A DNA stretch of 56,748 nucleotides. It comes from a virus (Duplodnaviria > Caudoviricetes). The translations under genes and the position numbers were made by a program. The DNA lies in IMG/VR virus record IMGVR_UViG_3300030329_001316, positions 1 through 56,748 of that record, one strand, 5' to 3'. The notes below the pieces were generated by a model, which saw only the letters and a program-made list of their open reading frames with translations, did not search any database and had not been told where the DNA came from. How positions within the stretch are numbered: the first letter of the stretch is position 1; the number at the start of each line of letters is the position of its first letter. Of this stretch, positions 29,801 to 37,248 are shown piece by piece.

Positions 29801-32608
29801 TACCCAAGAACTAAACCAAATGATTTTACTATATTAAGATTAAAAGATTTCTTATCTAGGGATGCTGGTAATCAAATGATATTAAACCCAATGGATGTTT
29901 GGAGAGTTTTTGAAGGTGATTATGATGTTGATATGGGTGATACTTTCTGGGGGACTACTAAAGAAATGCAAAGACATGCTGTAAGAGGGACATCTTATGG
30001 TATTACTGGAACTAATACTGACGGTATAGAGGCTATGAGTTCTAATATAGAACTTGCACCTACTGATCTTGTAAAAGGTAGGGAGAATTGGGAAAATTAC
30101 GATGCTAACGTTAGGATTATGGAGAAAGCTATTGGTCAGGTTCAAAATTTAACTGCTCCTTTAAATCATTTAAGTAATAAAGCTGTTGTTAGAGCTGACG
30201 GTAGAAAAGTTTTATTAAAGTTTCCTAGTGAAGTGCCAGGAGTTCGATATGAAATAGAATTAAATTTTGATTCAAAAGAATTTAAACAGTATATGGCTCA
30301 AAATTCTCAAGAAATTATAGATTTATTAAGAATTGACGGTTATGGTAAAACTTCTCGTAAAATACTATTTCCTGAAATGGAAGGTTCAGTTACTGCTGAA
30401 ACAGTAAATCAACAAGAAGTTGGATACAGAAATCAGGGAAGTCAAAATGATTTATCAACAAAGGTTCCTTTTAGAGCTTTTGTTAAGAGAAAAGTTAATG
30501 AAGCAACTGGTGAGGTGTTACCTAATTCAGAAGGCTTTAAAAATGATATTCCATTAGAACACTATGATGTTTTGGCAATAGAAGCACTTATTAATCATTA
30601 TAATAAACTACCAAGCGTTATGCCTGGAAGACAAAAATTCGGAGCTGAAGGTAAAAGAAGTGTTACTTATCAAGATTTATTAACTACATGGGAGAGTTAT
30701 GCTGGGGCATCTAGAAATATAGATGATGTAATATTTAAAGCTGTTTATTACCATAGAGGTGAGTCTGGTGAATACACATATAAACATAATACAGATTTAA
30801 TGAATAGATTGTTTGGGGGTGAAGGCAGATTATTAAAAGAAGTTAATTCTAAAAAGCAAGGATTTGAAGATCAAACTTATTTATGGAGAGCAGGCACTCT
30901 TGTTCCAAACAAAATGAAAGAAAACTATATAAATGCTACTGAAACAATGTCTGAAACAGGTTCATTTGCAGAAAGAGCTTTAAAGACTATATATAGAAAT
31001 CCATTAGGAGGCTCAGTAGAAAAGCATCTTATTTCTGGTGAAAATTTAAGAAGATATTTATACGTTGAAGATGTGTTATTAAATGGTAATGAAGTTGATG
31101 GAGCTTCTGTTGATAACGTTATTGCTTTACTTCCTCAAATGATAAAAGATATTAAAAAAGGTAGATCTAATATAATAAGATTAAAGAGAACTGCTGCTAA
31201 AGTTGCTGCTTCAGATAGAAAGCCTCAAGCTAAAAAGTATATATTAGAGAAGATTAATAGCCAAATAGAGCAATATGAAGAATTGTTAAAACCTTTATTA
31301 ACAAAAGAGTATAAAAAGAATCCTACAATAAAGAATTTACCAGATTTTAATCTTGTTGATATAACTACTAATGAAGATATATTAGAACAAACATCTCAAG
31401 CTTTTGCTATATGGAATTTATGGGGAATGACTCATAAACAGGGTGGAAAATTAAGTGGTATAGATGGTTATATTAAAAGAATGCAATCAAGTTACAAATC
31501 TCAATATAAAACACTATTTAATAGCGCAGGATTAGAACAGTTAGCGGGGAAACGTTTACGTGATTCCCAATTAACTGAGTATTTATTATCACCAAAAGAT
31601 ATAGAAACAATAGAAACGCAGATATATAAAGATATGTATACTGGTTTTACAAAATATGGACAAGCATTTTTATATAGGTTCGTTGGTTCAAACTTTAGAG
31701 TAAGTCAAAATGGTATAGGGGTTTATAATGGAAGACCTATTCCTTTATTCACTAAATCAAATACTAATTATAAAAGAATGATTAAATTTTTAGTTAAGTT
31801 GAGAAATAAGCAGATAGATGGAATGGATCCAAAGGTTGCTGATGATTTATTTATAAAAAAAGTAGATGATATAATTAAACAGGTAGCTAAGCAAGATTAC
31901 TTATGGAGATCTTTCTTCCAAAGAAAGTCACATTTAGAAGATATACCTGTTCAAGAGATGCATATGTTCCATATGGCTAGAAATAATCCTGAGTATAATA
32001 GTAGGCATTTACAAATGTTCCAAAGATATACTGCTTCACCTATAGCAAGAATATACGATAGTAGAACTTCTGCAGGTATGGGGAGAGATTGGGATAAATC
32101 GATGTCTTTCTTTAGAGATTTAATTAATGAAGCTGGTTTAGATGTGTCAAAAGATAAAGTAGAAACAGCAGTAAGGACCTTATCTTATATACAAGAATTA
32201 GAAATAAACAATATGTATATGACTCCATTTAAATATCTAAATTTAATGCAATCTATAGACCCTAAAATAAGGTCTGTAGTTAATAATGTTTTCCCTGGTT
32301 CAGTTAGCCATAAGAACGGTATAGAGCCAGCATTAAGGAATAAATTACAATATAATGATTTCTTTGCTCTAATGGGTGGAGGTGTTATGAATGGTCATGA
32401 TGGTATGACGTTTAATCCTTCATTCGGCTATAATAAGTATACATATTCAACTATTAAAAGACTTATAACGCAAGGTCAGTCAGTTATGAAATCTAATACT
32501 GGAACTAGATCATCAGAAGATATTAGAGATAATATTATAGTAAAAGAAATAAAAGATGAGGCATTAAAATCGAAAGATCAAAAACGAAGGGAGAATTGCG
32601 CTAAATAA
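23834..32608 (+). CDS. Giant virion protein with double-psi beta-barrel DNA-dependent RNA polymerase (crAss-like vRNAP)
   Basis: R1989-Y-P followed 40 aa later by G-D2029-Y-D-V-D (DxDxD); upstream 'YDSITFIS...FKPIV...GKTVF...GTADK' resembling the beta-type barrel lysines. Confidence 0.75.
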   Translation: MSYLDALNTLETLQDNQSNAPIDNWTPQSYFQQEGYDTSAYDQLLAEGRSAGDNITDFVGSALWNITDMATFGMADYFNLDQAIMGGEFEDVFTDDTYSEAEKLAFGGGLPSTASSYGASVGTVASFMLPFKYPKIPGVATRIPVAPQAITGQFVSQPAARGVARMLPENWFKGGVGIKGVTPVSQAKKATEISKKAGLEGNIAANNFNQQLSRGLFDKVSRARYDKTISNPANFVKGAKDFIEEAVAQKIRQGVITQKQGKAMVEMWSKYYSKRPIQDFIDVFSTRFPGTTGWGLGSIFHEALMFGSMDGIRERFHSWDEDRPYDFHAPAHGAGLGAAFGGMKLVLPKLGLGFTQASAKSMFGKDALGRSDFRAGMSAYWKPEKLLKDKSLHELRTMSKWFGNDKRFGVDGVYSAKIKIDNVSMNFNFSRPQAEARRFLRKLGLEVTEENQKFIIKEALKHQGKSLGRDMMKAALSEKWNSLSFVHAGVGSAIMNWQELGNLYQNGWDGVNKQDFLFNMILGGWLNRHGYARRKDYNEARMKRLRFGLENMGVNMKYLGEVIPSYSAARDNHMDPFSYDTRLKRIAEKMDNMGMSVENIENINNPLPLGETSVAFSKRDLSLFKQIYKLYAMSGQKKGVAREYENISEKDALEIQRTFQKEFGVKTLYGAQEIFLSTVNKAEDAMTESIVATGAEILNNKKKGIDIKPESSIVPKEINVDWKLQEAIETGKFDHIIGEGKKNLTEGERVEILNEMDMAVNEIRNFIVENQRLDGRNISKEPFYIDKSNFESIYQAVKGNERLVQEKMGTSSVKFRFSDMFGMAQQINIAKGKKMINNIINQFNKNVNPNWSEIEAEIIKSGLFKKDGIKQTIIKDMSTLPIIDGKTLVDKNGDTSRLNELQLFRNFINQILAAQGYPVSENIKKADGKYEHTTTVQQLTDLKNYLKSKGIPVDARFIDTIGHEVIFDIVKRNVEGSQLSMGDLNFVMTFNTALGRQTNETEMVSLSEFSPIKSDKANGYTVRLLEHSHLGPTEKAVAQAYNQRVREIHRNSKTELAGNLVNLNETNRIFFRNKETFKVIEQKMQNADAMSSESARKILVDAINAIEGSSTFKDILGNISSDNYKDPGARKYLSQLLSQMDILKKVNRNGQDIWTIDQTKIDNKKTREEILKSLRNYGVNFNKIEQIVGNARKYIDEQIGSQIGYYGDNSGITIDGFFKKYFAKDSPYNTDVEYDLVRDNFIKNKLYNDPIGEKPGELNKDFFREITDRLSYKEADTFNELSWSKKGEVVRDVMQIVDNYTQSESFEVFTFNRGNFEANKVKKSGFRNPLTDFYSEMELGMLGYLDGVTFADIVIADNFKPLQRIDIFEAKANQELLDPKLIDIRNERIKAVNKEIDAKNMWKFVLGNSKQVVLFPKSNYKEINEAFKEVYKRNVKDLVDSNGRPRLGFERAYDKLEALHNRVLKSTEFDLNVHTEALRVMIFDKFLKGSQRNDFVKYLNAGKDGTIEKIVKRFNLIWTPSAKRTSREHLEIVRDFVKNNNVFSAKDKVIMDKYLGREPGKEYGVAVINDVDPQFTAGESYTKTYSQQAQFESFVNKYKKMWKDNGIKPPEFSDYTGNAKEVSTYDSITFISKDLARFLSIVSGNKSKSVFKPIVSSYGENTYLFGKTVFVYDPNLNPLFSKRANRDLDMIMMGTADKLKSFSENYSELTPQELLDGATVKNIMNIPLESVGIVKVPDKIIPSKLSVTILQNQMNDAEVNAVYKDYHKRDLENAVDMINEVLSRPSFEAEALKLLRGMSEQDMYEMISNGGAGEQLGTLMSYLSIAGEYARPSAMGPDMLMNQLKKGLIDQALAPYTQKDNSTVKTNWGQKMVLSKSPFYEGANALDPTMVSSDGRIISFGETVLAHSARGGNIEFDGAKKIFLRSNKMENGEFKSIPAKEKVIEIVGKEMGELVWNKMAHAEGDALGQLFDFIKVAAPDYQIEIQFLRYPRTKPNDFTILRLKDFLSRDAGNQMILNPMDVWRVFEGDYDVDMGDTFWGTTKEMQRHAVRGTSYGITGTNTDGIEAMSSNIELAPTDLVKGRENWENYDANVRIMEKAIGQVQNLTAPLNHLSNKAVVRADGRKVLLKFPSEVPGVRYEIELNFDSKEFKQYMAQNSQEIIDLLRIDGYGKTSRKILFPEMEGSVTAETVNQQEVGYRNQGSQNDLSTKVPFRAFVKRKVNEATGEVLPNSEGFKNDIPLEHYDVLAIEALINHYNKLPSVMPGRQKFGAEGKRSVTYQDLLTTWESYAGASRNIDDVIFKAVYYHRGESGEYTYKHNTDLMNRLFGGEGRLLKEVNSKKQGFEDQTYLWRAGTLVPNKMKENYINATETMSETGSFAERALKTIYRNPLGGSVEKHLISGENLRRYLYVEDVLLNGNEVDGASVDNVIALLPQMIKDIKKGRSNIIRLKRTAAKVAASDRKPQAKKYILEKINSQIEQYEELLKPLLTKEYKKNPTIKNLPDFNLVDITTNEDILEQTSQAFAIWNLWGMTHKQGGKLSGIDGYIKRMQSSYKSQYKTLFNSAGLEQLAGKRLRDSQLTEYLLSPKDIETIETQIYKDMYTGFTKYGQAFLYRFVGSNFRVSQNGIGVYNGRPIPLFTKSNTNYKRMIKFLVKLRNKQIDGMDPKVADDLFIKKVDDIIKQVAKQDYLWRSFFQRKSHLEDIPVQEMHMFHMARNNPEYNSRHLQMFQRYTASPIARIYDSRTSAGMGRDWDKSMSFFRDLINEAGLDVSKDKVETAVRTLSYIQELEINNMYMTPFKYLNLMQSIDPKIRSVVNNVFPGSVSHKNGIEPALRNKLQYNDFFALMGGGVMNGHDGMTFNPSFGYNKYTYSTIKRLITQGQSVMKSNTGTRSSEDIRDNIIVKEIKDEALKSKDQKRRENCAK

Positions 32609-35475
32609 TGGATATTAAAATTGATAAATGTGGTCCAGTAGGGTTAACTAAAACACAAAATGATTATTTTGATACAATAATAGACTTTAAAAATAGATAT
32701 TCTAACCTTGTCGATGGAGATGCTTTAGGTCAAAAAGTTTTTCACCGTATGTTTCATGTTACTTTAGATCATATAACAAAATTAACTGATGCAGAACTTA
32801 GTAATAACTTTAAGTTATTTGAGAAAAAGATGAATATATTATCTAATCAAATAGAAAGTGGTAAAATTGCAAGTAAGTTAGGTAGAACTTTATGGACAAC
32901 ACAAGAACTTGCTGAAAGAAATCCTATTATGGCTCAAGTTTATGACAATTTCGTAAATACTTCTTTAAATTATAAAGGTAGGATTTTAAAGTCAGATAAT
33001 ATGTTTAAAGATATATTAGGTCATTTAAAAACTGAGTCAATCCAAAACTCATTATATAGTTCTCTAACCAAAAGAGATAAGTATGGTATGGGTAAAAGTA
33101 AAATGGAAAAAGTAGTTAAGGAAGCTCAAGAATTGCAAGAAAGATACGAAGAATATTCTATAGATGCTGAAAATGGTGTACCTGGTGCTCATGAGAATAT
33201 GTTAAGAACACAAAAAACTATTAGTGACTATTTAATTAATGGTGAAGGTAAAATATTTAATGATTTTGTTAATTTAATTGAAGTTGGATTACCAAAATTA
33301 GCTAAAGAAATAAATATATATAATAAGAAAAAATGGGAATTACAGGAAAAAAGTAAAGGTAAGGTTTGGCAGGGTACTAAAAGAAAGGATCTATTGAATC
33401 AGATTAAATCTAAAGTGGCTAATTTAACAATAGAATCAAAAGAGGTTATAGATGGTAGAGAAGTTGTTAGTAGAGTACCTATTAGTGGTAATATGCAGGC
33501 TGCTCTTATTAAGTATGTAGATTATACAACTACTTTACACAAGGTATTAAAAGATGGTGTTGATGCTTATGTAGATGGTGTTATGTTATCAATTGAAAGT
33601 CAGTATTCTCCTTCAGAAAGAGTATCTAGAGTAGATAAATTAAAAGATATAAAAAAGGTTTTAAAGGAAAATTTAACTCCAGATGAAAAAGTTGGTTATT
33701 TTCCACACTTTAGAATAGATATGGGTGCAAGATTTTTAGATAATTTAATGCCTAATGCAGATAAATTAGTTATGCAAACAATGGAAGGTCCTAATTGGAG
33801 TAAAAAAGGGATTGATAAAGCTATACAAGAGCTTGAAACATACGTTTCTAATAGATTAAAAGCTAGAGATGAGAATGTAGATCCTATGGAATATTCTAGA
33901 AACTTTCCTGCAGTATTAAAAAGATATGCTTCTGAAGTCAATAGATTCAACAACGTTGCATTTGTTCAAAAGTATACCAGAGAAGCTTTAGCTGAAGTTA
34001 AAAATATTTATAAAAAGGGTAAAGAATTAGATGGTATAGGTGAATACTTTGTTGATATGGTTGAAGATATGAATCAGGCTATGCTTGGTACTAGAGATAT
34101 AGAAAGTCCAGAATGGAATAATGTTAGACAAACTTTACTTGGATTAGAATACATGTCTAAATTAGGATGGAACTTTAGAACTGCTACTAAAAATGCTACT
34201 CAAGGTCTTTTAAATTGGGTCTTTTTAGGACCTAAAACAATGAGGGAATCAAAAGATTTTTATGAAAGAAAAGGTCAGACATTTGAAAATGATGTAAGAA
34301 TTATGATGGAAGAAGCTGGGTTGTCTTTTAAGACTGGAACACCAGAATTACAAGAAGCTATAGGTAGTTTTAAGAGTAGGCAAATTGTACGATTATCAGA
34401 AGGATTGTCTATAGAGTTTAAAAAACCTTCTTTTGGTGATAAAGCTGCTCAAAAGGTAGCTAATTTTGCTGGTAAAGGTGATAAGATATGGCATCCATCA
34501 TTCTTTATGCAAAAAGTAGAGAACTTTAACCGTATGAAAACATTTAAAGTTGCTTATTCTAAAATGTATCAAAGTTTAGAAGCTAGTTCAGGGTTTAGAG
34601 AGTGGGTTAGAGAAACTCAAAAAGGTGGAGAATCTCAATCAGTCTTTGAAAAGAATTTACAAACAAGAGCAAGAAATTATGCTATTAGAATGACTAATAT
34701 GTTGCATTTCGATTATGCTGATATATCTAAGTCTAAATTACTTAGACACCCTTTAGGTAGGTTTGTATTTCAGTTTCAACATTATGCACAAAAATTCTTC
34801 GAGTTAAATAAAAAGGCACTATATGATGATTTGAAATTAGCAGGTGCTAAACGTGATCTTTTTGGAGAAGAAGTTGGAACTGCAACAAGAATGGGGATGG
34901 TTTATGCAGTTATACCAGCTTTAATTAGTGGTATATCAGGTATGAATGTATTTAATCTTGTTGAACATGCTACTTTTGATAAATTTAAGAATATATTCCA
35001 TATGTTAACAGGTAATGAGGAAGAAATAAAACAAGCTTCGTTTGGTAGGGGAGCTGTAGGTACAGTAGGTTTTCCACTTTTATCTGATATATTAACTATA
35101 GGTGAAATAACAAGAATTTATGAACATGATGAAGATAGTTGGTTACAACTTCTAACAGGCTTTCACTCTTATAGAGAACAAGATAAAGAACTTAGATTAA
35201 TGAAACTTATAGGAATAATAAACACTCAGTTAAAAAGATCTGTATCTCAAACATGGCCATTAATTAAAGATGGACATCCAGGTACAGCACTTCAATTTGA
35301 AGCAGGTTTGTATCCAGATAAAGATGTTAAAAAGTTAACTGAAGCTTTTTACAAACAGGCTAGAACAATCGCTCCTGACCTTGCTGAATATTACGAAGAC
35401 ACTATGAGTGAATATAATCGTTTTATTAAGAAATCAAAAAGTCAAGAGCGAAGACGTTATTATAGAGCTTACTAG
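32608..35475 (+). CDS. Large internal virion protein (polyvalent/ejection-protein-like)
   Basis: 'KLGWNFRTATKNATQ', 'HFDYADISK...LGRFVFQFQHY' resemble C-termini of large podovirus ejection proteins. Confidence 0.6.
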   Translation: MDIKIDKCGPVGLTKTQNDYFDTIIDFKNRYSNLVDGDALGQKVFHRMFHVTLDHITKLTDAELSNNFKLFEKKMNILSNQIESGKIASKLGRTLWTTQELAERNPIMAQVYDNFVNTSLNYKGRILKSDNMFKDILGHLKTESIQNSLYSSLTKRDKYGMGKSKMEKVVKEAQELQERYEEYSIDAENGVPGAHENMLRTQKTISDYLINGEGKIFNDFVNLIEVGLPKLAKEINIYNKKKWELQEKSKGKVWQGTKRKDLLNQIKSKVANLTIESKEVIDGREVVSRVPISGNMQAALIKYVDYTTTLHKVLKDGVDAYVDGVMLSIESQYSPSERVSRVDKLKDIKKVLKENLTPDEKVGYFPHFRIDMGARFLDNLMPNADKLVMQTMEGPNWSKKGIDKAIQELETYVSNRLKARDENVDPMEYSRNFPAVLKRYASEVNRFNNVAFVQKYTREALAEVKNIYKKGKELDGIGEYFVDMVEDMNQAMLGTRDIESPEWNNVRQTLLGLEYMSKLGWNFRTATKNATQGLLNWVFLGPKTMRESKDFYERKGQTFENDVRIMMEEAGLSFKTGTPELQEAIGSFKSRQIVRLSEGLSIEFKKPSFGDKAAQKVANFAGKGDKIWHPSFFMQKVENFNRMKTFKVAYSKMYQSLEASSGFREWVRETQKGGESQSVFEKNLQTRARNYAIRMTNMLHFDYADISKSKLLRHPLGRFVFQFQHYAQKFFELNKKALYDDLKLAGAKRDLFGEEVGTATRMGMVYAVIPALISGISGMNVFNLVEHATFDKFKNIFHMLTGNEEEIKQASFGRGAVGTVGFPLLSDILTIGEITRIYEHDEDSWLQLLTGFHSYREQDKELRLMKLIGIINTQLKRSVSQTWPLIKDGHPGTALQFEAGLYPDKDVKKLTEAFYKQARTIAPDLAEYYEDTMSEYNRFIKKSKSQERRRYYRAY

Positions 35476-35714
35476 TTCTTTAGAGTATTTTCATTTACTT
35501 CCATATCAATTTTCATTTCATCTAATATTGAAAGTAAATCTTTTTTTAAGTTCTCAAAAACTATAATTATATCGTTTATTAATTCTATATTTCTTGGAAC
35601 TAATGTCACGTCATTTGCGTCTCTTTTTGCCATCATATCAATTGTTTTTGCTAACCCTTGCAATACATCCATTTGGTTTGATGCTTCCATATAAGCTTTA
35701 TTTTTGTTTTTCAT
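35472..35714 (-). CDS. Hypothetical protein
   Basis: Last gene of the - strand block; AGGAG RBS; converges on 32608..35475. Confidence 0.55.
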   Translation of the reverse strand: MKNKNKAYMEASNQMDVLQGLAKTIDMMAKRDANDVTLVPRNIELINDIIIVFENLKKDLLSILDEMKIDMEVNENTLKN

Positions 35715-36054
35715 TCTTCTCTCCTATTAAGTTAATAAAATGATCAAATTCTATTGCTACATAGATTTTAGATCTATTACGTTTAAATACTAATACAGGT
35801 TGTCTATCCTGTGAATTTCCTTCTGCTTGTTCTAAAGAACCCCACAGATTTAGTCTTTCTTGATTTTTACACTCAAAGCTATAAGGTATTACTTTCTTAG
35901 CTGCTGGTGATAATACAATGTCTTCTCCACTCATACCCATAACTTGGGATTCAATATCATTCGTCTCAAGAATCTCCGTATACACAGAGCGAAGGCGATC
36001 CCTCACTAAGTTCTGTAATTTCCTTCCTTTGTTTTTCGCTGAACGCACGTTCAT
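35698..36054 (-). CDS. Holliday junction resolvase-like PD-(D/E)xK nuclease
   Basis: 'SAKNKGRKLQ', 'GEDI', 'FECKNQE', 'PVLVFKRNR'. Confidence 0.75.
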   Translation of the reverse strand: MNVRSAKNKGRKLQNLVRDRLRSVYTEILETNDIESQVMGMSGEDIVLSPAAKKVIPYSFECKNQERLNLWGSLEQAEGNSQDRQPVLVFKRNRSKIYVAIEFDHFINLIGEKNEKQK

Positions 36055-36223
36055 AAGTCCCCTCTCTTACTTTTTTTAAAGCTCTTTCTTGTTGTACTTC
36101 TTTACTATCCCAAACACCTCTACCTAATAAGTAGTTTTCATCTTCTTCATCAGGATGTAGGTCTTTATATGTTTCTATCATAGTATCAATCTGTTTCTTC
36201 AATTTCATTAGGTCTTCTATCAT
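35966..36223 (-). CDS. Hypothetical protein
   Basis: GGAGG RBS; long overlap with the resolvase makes the C-terminus doubtful. Confidence 0.45.
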   Translation of the reverse strand: MIEDLMKLKKQIDTMIETYKDLHPDEEDENYLLGRGVWDSKEVQQERALKKVREGTYERAFSEKQRKEITELSEGSPSLCVYGDS

Positions 36224-36243
36224 AATATGCCTCCATTATTATT

Positions 36244-36312
36244 AAAGCGCAATCCCTGCATACGAAACATCGTTTACTTAAAGGAGATACCTGATATACA
36301 GGGACACACTTT
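36244..36312 (-). promoter_or_regulatory. Intergenic stem-loop
   Basis: On the - strand AAAGTG..TCCCTGTATA pairs with TATGCAGGGA..CGCTTT. Confidence 0.45.
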
Positions 36313-36445
36313 ATGTTACATTTCTTACAATTAGTCACGAGAAATCCACCAAGGACTATCTTTCAATATTCTTGCCCTTCTTTTATGAGTAGTTTCCTTT
36401 TTAGGATTCTTTTCTCTGTGTTCAATTATTTTTTTAAGTTGTTTT

Positions 36446-36637
36446 TTAGTCAATTTCTTTTCCATTGAATTTCTCCACTATTTTATCATATAGAGGATGT
36501 TGAATAGCTTCTTCAACAACAGGTGTTCCATATTGAGACATAGCCCAAGCTGATTCTTCTATCCATATACAGTTTTCACAACCTTTACATTCTCTCATAT
36601 GTTTTTGTGCTTCTTCTGTTTGTGCATACCAACTCAT
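36446..36637 (-). CDS. Small protein with CxxCxxC and DnaX(tau)-C-terminus-like tail
   Basis: 'ECKGCENC'; ends 'EEAIQHPLYDKIVEKFNGKEID'; AAGGAGG RBS. Confidence 0.5.
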   Translation of the reverse strand: MSWYAQTEEAQKHMRECKGCENCIWIEESAWAMSQYGTPVVEEAIQHPLYDKIVEKFNGKEID

Positions 36638-36885
36638 TTCTCCTCCTTAGCTTTTTCTTCATTCTTTTTAGCTTGTGCTTCTATAAGTTCATTAAGATAT
36701 TCTTTAAACTTCTCATCTTCACCACCAAATTCTATATAAGCTAAAAGAAGATCACTTATAGATTTAACTGATTCACCAAGTTGAGTCATATAATTCGCTA
36801 AGAAGTCAAATCTTCTTTGTATTTCTTTATTAGTTATATTTTTATTCTTTCCCATGTTCCCTCCTAATTTATTAGGGTATAACAT
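36634..36885 (-). CDS. Hypothetical coiled-coil protein (start probably MGKNK)
   Basis: AGGAGG before the internal ATG. Confidence 0.55.
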   Translation of the reverse strand: MLYPNKLGGNMGKNKNITNKEIQRRFDFLANYMTQLGESVKSISDLLLAYIEFGGEDEKFKEYLNELIEAQAKKNEEKAKEEK

Positions 36886-36956
36886 ACCGTTTTAAGCCAT
36901 GTTAATATAATCGCTTATTACTATATCACCCCGACTATACATTATACCCTAAATTG

Positions 36957-37241
36957 TTATGATAATTTCCAAGTATGTACAAGTTTACCGTATCTACCTA
37001 GTTTTTTAGTATTAGTTTTTGTTAATTTACCAGCATTAGTTAAGTCTGTAATAGCTCTTCTAATGCTTGTTATAGGCCAACTAACCTCTTGATCATGTGC
37101 AAAATCTTCAATATCAAATGGTGTAAGACCTTCATTTGGATATGTTTCAAATACAGCTAGAATCAAATCCTCTTGTTTTGTTGAAGTATTTCTACTTCTT
37201 TGCAGAGTTTCCCCTGTTTCATCATTAGTATTGTAATACAT
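36957..37241 (-). CDS. Winged helix-turn-helix DNA-binding protein
   Basis: 'GLTPFDI...PITSIRRAITDLTNAGKLTKT...GRYGK...W' wHTH pattern. Confidence 0.7.
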   Translation of the reverse strand: MYYNTNDETGETLQRSRNTSTKQEDLILAVFETYPNEGLTPFDIEDFAHDQEVSWPITSIRRAITDLTNAGKLTKTNTKKLGRYGKLVHTWKLS

Positions 37242-37248
37242 ATTTCTC

